From Bythopirellula sp. (GTDB taxonomy: Bacteria > Planctomycetota > Planctomycetia > Pirellulales > Lacipirellulaceae), in assembly GCA_965216565.1 (NCBI GenBank), contig OZ244170.1:1888001-1952000 (forward strand): 64,000 nucleotides of DNA. Direction: 5' to 3'. The notes below the pieces were generated by a model, which saw only the letters and a list, made by a program, of their open reading frames with translations, had not been told where the DNA came from and searched no databases. Made by a program: the position numbers and the translations under genes. Shown piece by piece: positions 51,847 to 61,000 of this stretch. Numbering within the stretch: the first letter of the stretch is position 1; every line of letters begins with the position of its first letter.

Positions 51847-52773
51847 ATGAGAAGTACAAAACTTAGAGCGATCGCTTCCTACGGGTCAGAAATCCCCCCG
51901 GTCACGAAATACCTTCGCCTGGCTACAGCAGCTGCATGCTTTTCGCTGCTACTGGCACCACTTTCTCACGCTGGGTTTGTTAGTGGAACCTACAAGGTAG
52001 ATATCGGCGAGAGCGAGCGTCTTATGGAAGCCATGCTTCAATATGATCGGGATGAAATTTCCGAACAGGAGATGCTGCAAATCCAAATGCAAGAGATGTG
52101 CAAGAATCCTTCCATTCGGCTAATTGACCGGAACCGCCCCGCTATACTATTGCAAAACACGACCGATCCGAATGGTCCAGGTGCTGAGAACGAACTCACC
52201 CAATTCACGCTCGACCTGGAGCAACTTGGTTTCGAATTCGGTACAGGTGATTTCAATCCGGACATATTCAATAACAATCTCACATTCTTGAGTAGCCGTT
52301 CGGATGCAGGAATCTCGATTAGTTCTTCCTTCGGGACTGTCTCCGATATCGATCTGACGCCCGATCCTGCAAAGCTCGTCGTCGATATTCAAGGGCTCAC
52401 GCCCGGTGCTGGTTTGATCTTCCGAGTGGATCTCGATCCTACGACACCCAACGCGCTACTCTATTCCGACTATCGCGAAGTCGTTTTGGGGGCCAACATA
52501 GGTAACGGTTCTGGCAATCCCGCCCTGATTTCGTCCACTTTCTCCTCAGGTCAGGGCGATGATCGCATGTCGACGGCTTCACCTTTCGTACCGTTTGGCG
52601 GTGATTTCGATAATATGCTCGAGAGTGCGGGGCAGTTGGAGGGATACCATGCCCAGTCCAGTTCAGAGATGTTCTCCCAATCGGGAGGCACAGAAATTCC
52701 CGAGCCTAACAGTTCGCTATTGCTAATTGCCGCATTCGCTTTGGTTTCGAAACACCGAGTTCGGCGTTCGTAG
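51847..52773 (+). CDS. PEP-CTERM exported protein
   Basis: Signal peptide; IPEPNSSLLLIAAF..HRVRR. Confidence 0.85.
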   Translation: MRSTKLRAIASYGSEIPPVTKYLRLATAAACFSLLLAPLSHAGFVSGTYKVDIGESERLMEAMLQYDRDEISEQEMLQIQMQEMCKNPSIRLIDRNRPAILLQNTTDPNGPGAENELTQFTLDLEQLGFEFGTGDFNPDIFNNNLTFLSSRSDAGISISSSFGTVSDIDLTPDPAKLVVDIQGLTPGAGLIFRVDLDPTTPNALLYSDYREVVLGANIGNGSGNPALISSTFSSGQGDDRMSTASPFVPFGGDFDNMLESAGQLEGYHAQSSSEMFSQSGGTEIPEPNSSLLLIAAFALVSKHRVRRS

Positions 52774-53155
52774 CCAGCAGACATTCGCTGCAATTCGAGT
52801 TGATTGCCGACCTACTAAGTTCGCCAGATGCCTAGGTGGGCAATCTAGGCAAAGTTTAGCGATCGCGCAACCCCCTCTGATTCTCCTAATTTTGAGGATT
52901 CTAACGGAAATAACGAAAGTAATGGTTATTCCGGTACCGATCCCTCTCCACAGGCACGTCTCCTAGACCGTTCGCCGAGCTCGCTCGGCCGATGTGTCAC
53001 TCGCAGATTGGGCGAGAGAAACCGAGACACATGTGCCTTCAGTTTTTGGATGTACTTATAGAGCCTGAACTTTTCAGGTTTTTCCCAACAGCTCTGCCCT
53101 ACAAAGTTTGTGGACTGTTGGTGCAGCTTTCGGAGATGCTAAGGGGGAACTCGAG

Positions 53156-54667
53156 ATGAACTCTTCTTTGAAGAGCGTGCTATCGCTCACATTAGGCGTG
53201 TGTTTACTCTACACGAGCACCGCTTCTGCCCAGCTATTTCAAAGGGCCAAATCCGCTGATCCGCAGTCTTACAAGACGAAGGTAGACAAGCAGGTCAGGC
53301 GGGCCGTTGTTGCAGAAGACAGCCAAAACAAAAACTCTGTCGCTAAGCCAAAGGCCAAGGTTAAAACAAAGTCAAAGCCACAACCTAAACGCAAGCCACA
53401 AAGCGTTAAACAGGTTTCCTACAACACCTTCGATTCCACAGGAATCGAAGGGTTCCACGACGGAGCAGGCTCTTTGGAGCCCGTTCCCATGGAACATTCC
53501 CAGGGATCCATCTCGATGGACGGTTGCAGTAGCTGTCCCCTAGGTTCTGGCTGCGATTGTTGCGACGAATCGTGCTGCGGCGACTGCTGCTTTGATTGTC
53601 TCGACTGCTGCGGTCCTCCGAGAAGCATCTGCGATCGCCCCGGGCAGTTCTTCTTCATTGGTGAATACATCTATGCCCGAGCGAGCTTCAGCGAAGCATT
53701 GGCTTATGTAATTACTGATTCGAATAATCCACAAGACGGTGCAGAATTCGTCGAATTCGATTTCGACTACGAATCGTCTTACCGCTTCTCCGGCGGCTAT
53801 CGCTTGAACGATTGCGGTGCTGAAATTGTGTTCAACTATTCACGCTATCGCAGCGATGCCAGATTTGAAGTTGAGGATGGAGGAGCCAACATCCAGATCT
53901 TTGGACCTTACGAAATCGAGCCTCGCGAAACTGGCGGTATTCTATCCGGCTTCGCCGATGTGGACATTGACTCGTACGATTTGGGAATCACCAAGACCAT
54001 CCCGCTGGGCTGCCCCTTAGGATGCTGCGATTCGTGTTGCGATACCTGCTGCGGCAGCGGTTGCGATGATGTTTGCTGTGGGGACTCGTGCTGCGACGAC
54101 GTCTGCTGTGGCGATAGCTGTGGCAGTTGCTGGTGCCCCGCTTGGGATATCACCTGGTCTGCCGGAGTTCGATTTGCAGAAGTCGATTGGAATCGTAGTA
54201 CTTTCGCGTTCGACGATGGAGAGAACTCGCCGTTCGAAGGCTCTGACACCCGGCTTTCATTCGATGGAGCTGGTGCCCGCGTAGGAATATTGGGCCGTCG
54301 CTACTTTGGTTGCTCTGGATGGTTCAGCGCCTACGCCAAAGGGGATATCTCGTTGCTGGTTGGCGACATGGATATCCGTACAACTATTCGAGACTTTGAA
54401 AGTTCGGTTCTGCAGAATGTTGTTTCCCACCGCAACAGTGGCCGTCGAGTTATTCCTGTCACCGAGTTGGAGGCAGGCGTTACAGCGCACCTAGGGAAAC
54501 ACGTTCACCTTAGCTCGGGCTATTTTATCTCCGCCTGGCACGATTTAGGAATGCGTGACGAATACGACTTCGTTGCTGGTGGAGGTGGCTTCCAGCTCTC
54601 GCACTACGACGATGCAAACATCCTCGGTTTCGATGGTCTGTTTGCTCGTGCTGAGATTACCTACTAG
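53156..54667 (+). CDS. Outer-membrane beta-barrel-like protein with Cys-rich inserts
   Basis: Signal peptide, amphipathic strands, C-terminal beta-signal GLFARAEITY. Confidence 0.75.
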   Translation: MNSSLKSVLSLTLGVCLLYTSTASAQLFQRAKSADPQSYKTKVDKQVRRAVVAEDSQNKNSVAKPKAKVKTKSKPQPKRKPQSVKQVSYNTFDSTGIEGFHDGAGSLEPVPMEHSQGSISMDGCSSCPLGSGCDCCDESCCGDCCFDCLDCCGPPRSICDRPGQFFFIGEYIYARASFSEALAYVITDSNNPQDGAEFVEFDFDYESSYRFSGGYRLNDCGAEIVFNYSRYRSDARFEVEDGGANIQIFGPYEIEPRETGGILSGFADVDIDSYDLGITKTIPLGCPLGCCDSCCDTCCGSGCDDVCCGDSCCDDVCCGDSCGSCWCPAWDITWSAGVRFAEVDWNRSTFAFDDGENSPFEGSDTRLSFDGAGARVGILGRRYFGCSGWFSAYAKGDISLLVGDMDIRTTIRDFESSVLQNVVSHRNSGRRVIPVTELEAGVTAHLGKHVHLSSGYFISAWHDLGMRDEYDFVAGGGGFQLSHYDDANILGFDGLFARAEITY

Positions 54668-54696
54668 CGACAAACATCTGAGAACTCAGATCCCGC

Positions 54697-54733
54697 AACG
54701 GGCTTGGCAGAAATTTCTGCTGAGCCCGTTTTT
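54697..54733 (+). terminator. Intrinsic terminator
   Basis: AACGGGCTTGGCAGA/TCTGCTGAGCCCGTT stem followed by Ts. Confidence 0.75.
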
Positions 54734-54828
54734 CTATTGAATTCAACCAATAGTCAGCTGCGGCAAACCAATGGTAAAAAGCGCACGCTTACCGGAGAGA
54801 AGAAAGCGTCTTTTAAAGAAGAGCTAAT

Positions 54829-55023
54829 CTAACGGCCTAGTTTCAGATCGCGGCGGTTACGTCGTTCAGCACGCAGGCGGGCGCGACGCTTCGTTTCGCT
54901 AGGCTTCTCATAGAACTCGCGAATGCGGATTTCTTTCTTAATGCCACTTCGCTCAACCAATTTGCGAAATCTTCGTACCGCCTCTTGTGCCGACTCTTTG
55001 TCCCGTAAAGTTAACTTAACCAA
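54829..55023 (-). CDS. rpsU: 30S ribosomal protein bS21
   Basis: TTG start, [15 protein letters not shown]...REFYEKPS. Confidence 0.95.
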   Translation of the reverse strand: MVKLTLRDKESAQEAVRRFRKLVERSGIKKEIRIREFYEKPSETKRRARLRAERRNRRDLKLGR

Positions 55024-55391
55024 CTCAATCTCCCTCAATTTTTGGATGTGATTCCAGCAGGTAGTTTCGCCAAGGATTGGTGAAAACCCTTAATGTACCA
55101 CCACTTAGCGAAAACGTCTAGACCGCAGAGTGGAGGAGTCTCGACCTGGGGATGCGTGGAAACAGCTAGGATTCTAGCGTTTTCGAGAAATAGACTCCTC
55201 ATTTTCCGCTTGGTCCATAGCAAGAGTGATCGTCATAACCGGAATGACCCGCCCTCGCCAATTAGGCCAAAGCAGATTTCCCGCCGCGTCCCTCTTGCCA
55301 GAGTTTCGACCCAGCCGATGGAAACATTGCATTGCTAGATTGCATTGCAGCACTGCCGACACTCACCCGGATTCCTGGACGTTGGATTCTA

Positions 55392-55535
55392 ATGGATCAA
55401 ATTGCCCACGCCGATACCCTTCAGGCGCTCGATCAAAAACATGATCAGTTACTAGAAGAGCTAGATTCGCTCATTAGCGAAGTCGAGCAGACATTGGTCA
55501 GCGTGACACCCAAGAAGGAATCTAGCGACGACTAG
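55392..55535 (+). CDS. Small acidic coiled-coil protein
   Basis: MDQIAH...LDQKHDQLLEELDSL; sigma28-like motif upstream. Confidence 0.5.
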   Translation: MDQIAHADTLQALDQKHDQLLEELDSLISEVEQTLVSVTPKKESSDD

Positions 55536-55578
55536 ACTCAATGGACGCCTGCACCAGGCAGGCCTGCTCGTTAACAGT

Positions 55579-57237
55579 CTATTTCTTGCGGTCCAGATGG
55601 CCACTCTTATTGATCGCAACGAGCAGTCGAACGCCCATCGCGGCACTCAGTGCCAATCCTAGAGCACCTGGAACAGAAACACCGTGAAACGGCCAAACAA
55701 GGTGCGTGACTAATTGGACTGATCCGATGAACAGAGCACTTGTCAAAAGCCCTAGCACTAGGCGATTCACCGAAGGCTCTAAGCCCCGGTGATCTAAGTG
55801 CACATCGAAGCGTCCGCTTTGAACTTGTTGCAGAATATCTCGAAGTCGTCGCGGAACGACTTCGGCCAATTGTTGCATTTCATAGGCAACCCGCCTTGCC
55901 TTGCGAAGTTGTCGCGTGGGAGAAAGCCGACGAGCGAGGATCGTTCGCTGATAAGGCTCCAGAATCTCCATGAGGCTAAAATCAGGCTCAAGTCTTTGGG
56001 CGGTCCCCTCAAGCATAATCAGCACCTTCAAGATGAGAGCGATCTGTGAAGGCAATACAATCTCGTATCGCCTCATGATTTCGAACATCTCTGTCAGGGC
56101 GGAAGTAAGCTGGAAATGCTCAACCGGCTGATTCGCATAGTGAGAAATGAAGTCGGAGAGATCCAGGCTCAGTCCGGATTCGTCAAATCCCAGGGGCACC
56201 GCAGCGATTCTTGTTATTACGGAAACCAATCGCTCAGCGTCTTGCTGGACGATTGAGAGTAACAATTCCTCAAAATCTTCTCGCAAACCGCTATCAATCC
56301 GAACCACCATGCCATAATCCAACAGGCCCAACCTGCCTTCTGGAGTGAGCATCAGATTTCCTGGATGGGGATCGGCATGGTACAAGGCATGCTCGAAAAT
56401 CATCTCCAGATACATCTCTGCTCCGGCACGGGTAATCTCGGCCAGATCGACGTCCAGTTCTATGACATCTTTCGGCGTGGCCAGCGATACACCGTCCAGC
56501 CACTGCATAACGATCACCCGATCGCCGGAAAGCTCTGGATAGACTTTCGGAATCAGAAGTTTGTCGTTCTCCGCAAACGCGGCGGCGAACTGTTCCATAT
56601 GCCTTCGCTCGCGTGTGAAATCTAGTTCGCGACGCAATGCTCGCTGAAATTCCGACGCCATCGTCGAAGGGCGGTAAGATTCGAATTCCGGAATTCGCTC
56701 AGCGAGCTGTGCCAGTCCCATGAATATGTCGAGGTCAATATTTACCCGCTCGCATATATCTGCATGCTGAACTTTTACGGCAACCTCCTCACCAGACTTC
56801 AACCTAGCACGGTGCACCTGGCCAATCGAGGCTGATGCTACAGGTCGATCTCCAAACTCAGAGAATAATTCGTCCAAGGGCTGACCAAGGTCTTCGACAA
56901 TAGTACCCGATACCTGTTCGAAGGGGTCCGCGGGAACATTCACTTGGAGTTTTTCTAATTCCCTCGCCAGCTCGGCACCCACGACATCGGGCCTGGTGCC
57001 CATGATCTGGCCTAGCTTAATAAACGTTGGACCTAACTCTTCGAGTGCCAGACGTATACAAACCTCGCGACTCTGATTGGCAAGGGCCTCTCCATTGCGA
57101 TTCTTGAGTAAATTCTTGCCCGGTGCAAAATCAAACCGGCCCAACCAACCAGCAAGCCCATACTTGCTGAGGATCGAGAGGATTTCTCCCCATCGATTCA
57201 CGTTTCGGTAAATCTGTGGAATGGTACTTATGCGCAT
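55579..57237 (-). CDS. ABC1/UbiB family atypical kinase
   Basis: LGPTFIKLGQ, ASASIGQVH, VAVKVQ, HADPHPGN, LDYGMV, two C-terminal TMs. Confidence 0.93.
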   Translation of the reverse strand: MRISTIPQIYRNVNRWGEILSILSKYGLAGWLGRFDFAPGKNLLKNRNGEALANQSREVCIRLALEELGPTFIKLGQIMGTRPDVVGAELARELEKLQVNVPADPFEQVSGTIVEDLGQPLDELFSEFGDRPVASASIGQVHRARLKSGEEVAVKVQHADICERVNIDLDIFMGLAQLAERIPEFESYRPSTMASEFQRALRRELDFTRERRHMEQFAAAFAENDKLLIPKVYPELSGDRVIVMQWLDGVSLATPKDVIELDVDLAEITRAGAEMYLEMIFEHALYHADPHPGNLMLTPEGRLGLLDYGMVVRIDSGLREDFEELLLSIVQQDAERLVSVITRIAAVPLGFDESGLSLDLSDFISHYANQPVEHFQLTSALTEMFEIMRRYEIVLPSQIALILKVLIMLEGTAQRLEPDFSLMEILEPYQRTILARRLSPTRQLRKARRVAYEMQQLAEVVPRRLRDILQQVQSGRFDVHLDHRGLEPSVNRLVLGLLTSALFIGSVQLVTHLVWPFHGVSVPGALGLALSAAMGVRLLVAINKSGHLDRKK

Positions 57238-57674
57238 CAGTTGGTAAGCGAGGGTTCGCGGGTGAATCTATAGTTCCATTGTACGATCGCTATTGAGGTC
57301 TGTGCAACGCACTAATAAACAAGCACAAAAGGCCCTGATAGAGAAGGAAAGGCAGACGGGTGACAGTGGATGTGCTCAGAAGTAATCCGCGTGGAGAACC
57401 TCCGACGTTGATTGCAGTAGCTTGGGATTGCAGCATCTAGACTTGTGCAGCAATGTGATGACCTAAGTTAGCTCGTCATTAAGTCTCACTTAGCCAGCCA
57501 CCTCAATCCGATTCCTACAACAGTGAAGTAGGCATCCAACGACGTCGACGTAGCCAACTAAAAAGTGAAACAGCAGTCCGAAAGTAGAAATATAGAATCG
57601 AGGAATTTCCGATTACGGAAACTAGGTCGTCAAGAACATTGCGAAGCGATTCTACTTCGCGTTCTCTTCAACGC

Positions 57675-57719
57675 CATTGAAATCATCGTCATTGAAGTCA
57701 TCGTCATCGAAATCATCCA
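57675..57719. repeat. 15-bp tandem repeat x3
   Basis: cattgaaatcatcgt / cattgaagtcatcgt / catcgaaatcatcca. Confidence 0.7.
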
Positions 57720-58090
57720 CTCAGGGGAGACTTGAGGTGCCTTTCGGCGCTGTTATTCGGACTCCTGAACGCTACTTGAGGACACCCGCCTCAGGGCAGG
57801 TAGCCTACCCCTCATCCTGACCAGTAGCGACCTGTGAGAGCCGCATTGCTATGGCTTTTTTACCCCAAAACCCCTATAGTTACTTGTCTTGGACGGGATA
57901 TCTACGGAACAGCAGAGCAATTGTCCGATCACTCTCTTAGTCGCTGAGTGGGTAGTCAATATTGCCTACCTACTCTCTTTTCGTTACTGAGTGTGAATCG
58001 CACTTCCTAATTGCTCTTCTTTGGTTAGCTCATTTTCTTCTCAGCAAGAAAACTGAGCTAGACAGGAACTTTTCTAGAGGCAGATAGATA

Positions 58091-61000
58091 ATGGGCATTC
58101 GATCCGATTTGTGGCAATTGATTGCCGCTTCGTTTTGTTTCAACAAGAGCACTGAGAAAAGTCTTCTAAAGAATCGACCGCAGCTTGGTATCGAACAACT
58201 CGAACCGAGAAAGTTGCTGTCGGTAAGTCGTGTACAGATCAGTAGTCTTGCGCCCACGCTGATTATCGAAGGCTCGAATCTCGATGATGTTGTGACAGTG
58301 TCTGAAAATGTGCCTAATGTGCTCACGGTCAGTTACGAGTGCAACGGGCAACAAATGACCGACACGTTCGATAAGTCTTTAGTCGACAAAATCGTTTTCC
58401 AGGGACTGGATGGCAATGACCAATTTACGAATCAAACAGATCTTCCCACGATAGCCTACGGACACGCTGGAACCGACATCCTCACTGGTGGATCCGGCGC
58501 AGATGAACTTTGGGGTGGCACTGGTGATGACACCCTTACCGGCGGAGCAGGCGCCGATACGATTCGGGGTGAAGAGGGCGCAGATCTGATCCTAGGCCAG
58601 GGAGGACGCGACATACTGGATGGTGGGCTCGACGAAGATCAGATTTATGGCGGTATTGGCGACGACACCATCTATGGTCGCGAAGCCAACGACCTCTTAT
58701 ATGGCGAGGACGGCAACGACATAGTCAGCGGCAATGAAGGGAACGACATTCTCGAAGGCGGTGACGGTAACGACATCCTAGATGGTGACAGTGGAAACGA
58801 CACCCTGCGCGGAGATGACGGAGTCGACACGCTCCGTGGCGAGGATGGAAACGACCTTCTGGTCGGTGGACTTGGAGATGATACCCTAATCGGAGGCGAG
58901 CATTCAGATCAGCTCTATGGTGGTGGCGATAACGATTTTCTACACGGCGAAGGAGGGAACGACCTCCTATTTGGAGAAGCTGGCGACGATGTTGTTTATG
59001 GCGATGCTGGCGATGACATACTCGATGGTGACGATGGCGATGATACCCTGGAAGGAGGCGATGGCAACGATGTCCTGCGCGGTGACGCGGGAGCCGATAT
59101 CCTTCGCGGGGAGGGCGGCCAAGATCAATTAGAAGGTGGGGCCGGGGACGACTCCTTGATTGGTGGATTCGACAATGACACTCTCATCGGTGGTGACGAT
59201 GCGGATCAGCTGCGTGGTGGGGATGGAAACGATATCCTCGAGGGCAATGGAGGAAACGACGACCTATTCGGTGACAACGGCGACGACGATCTCAAGGGTG
59301 GCCTGGGAGACGATCAGCTTTGGGGAGGCCAAGAAGATGACATTCTTAACGGGGCTTTCGGGGCGGACACTCTACGCGGTGAGGCAGGAAACGATACTCT
59401 GCTAGGCGGCTCTGAAAATGACATGCTGATTGGAGGAGACGGCAATGACAGCCTCACTGGCAGCACGGGCGACGACTCGCTATTTGGAGGGCTAGGTGAC
59501 GATACTCTCTACGGAAATACCGGGATTGATATTCTAGATGGCGATGCAGGGAACGACGTTCTTTATGGAGGAACCGGTGACGACGATCTGTTCGGGGATC
59601 TGGGTAACGATGAGATCTATGGTCACGATGGCATTGACAATCTACGCGGCGGTGATGGAAGCGACACCCTCAGAGGTGGTGACGGTAACGACACACTCTC
59701 TGGTCAGCAAGGCGTCGATACCCTGTTTGGCGAAGCAGGTGACGATACTCTAGATGGTGGCTCAGAGAATGATACTCTCGAGGGACAAGCAGGTATCGAC
59801 ACCCTTCTCGGAGGTGACGGTGACGACTTACTGAGGGGCGGAACCGAAAACGATATCTTGTCCGGTCAGGCAGGGTTCGATTCTCTCCTGGGAGGGGATG
59901 GGGATGATATCTTGGACGGAGGAACTGAAGATGATTCTCTCTTCGGACACAATGGGAACGACACGCTACGCGGCGGAGAGGGCAACGATCTTTTATACGG
60001 TCAATTGGGCAATGATTACCTTGAGGGACAAAACGGTAATGACTCTCTCTATGGCCATGATGGTGTTGATCAGTTGCATGGAGGAGATGGAAACGATGTC
60101 CTGAGTGGTGCAGCGGAAAATGACACTTTAACTGGCGGGGCTGGTAACGATACCGTTATAGGGGGGACAGGTGACGACACCATCGACGGAGGCCTCGGTA
60201 ACGATACTCTCCGTGGCGATGCTGGTGACGACACGATCGATGGTTCCGATGGCGACGATCTTCTCATCGGAAATGATGGCAATGACACTCTCAACGGAGG
60301 GGCGGGTGCAGACAACATCATTGCAGGAGACGGAAATGATGTCGCAAATGGAAATGCAGACAATGATGTTATTCAGGGGGGAGCAGGCAACGACACGCTC
60401 AACGGTCAATCGGGGGACGACGCACTTTCGGGCGGCGATGGCAATGACATCATATCCGGTCAACAAGGAAACGATCTTCTTCAGGGAAGCTTTGGGGCCG
60501 ATACGCTCTATGGAAACGATGGAAACGATGAGATTTACGGCGGCGACGATTTTGATGTCGTCTATGGAGGTGCCGACGACGATCAAATCAGCGGTGGAGA
60601 CGGGAATGACTTGCTACATGGAGAAGCTGGAGATGATACTATTTCTGGCAACAATGGCCACGATACAATCACTGGTGGAACAGAGAACGATCAGTTATTT
60701 GGCAACGAGGGACGCGACACGCTCCAAGGCCTAAGTGGGGACGACTTGATCTATGGCGCCGAAGGGGATGACACCATCTTAGGTGGCACTGGCGACGACA
60801 TGATATTCGGTGAAGGCGGCGACGATTACATTGAGGGTGCTGTCGGAAACGATCTTCTCTCGGGCGGCGATGGCGCAGATGATTTACAGGCGGGCGATGG
60901 GCAAGACGTCCTAATCGGTGGCGATGCCATCGATGTACTGAATGGTTCTGCAGGGGAAGACCTGCTGATCGGGGGAATTGTTGATCACAGCTTCGCCGAT

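Noticed and set aside
52950..53150. c-di-GMP or other riboswitch upstream of the Cys-rich barrel
   Set aside because: Hairpins are present but no recognisable consensus motifs
57652..57720. 22-codon acidic minus-strand ORF (VDDFDDDDFNDDDFNG...)
   Set aside because: By-product of the 15-bp repeat; no SD
58400..60980. 27-bp periodicity resembling a repeat array/CRISPR
   Set aside because: It is the coding RTX nonapeptide repeat; no identical repeats with unique spacers and no cas genes
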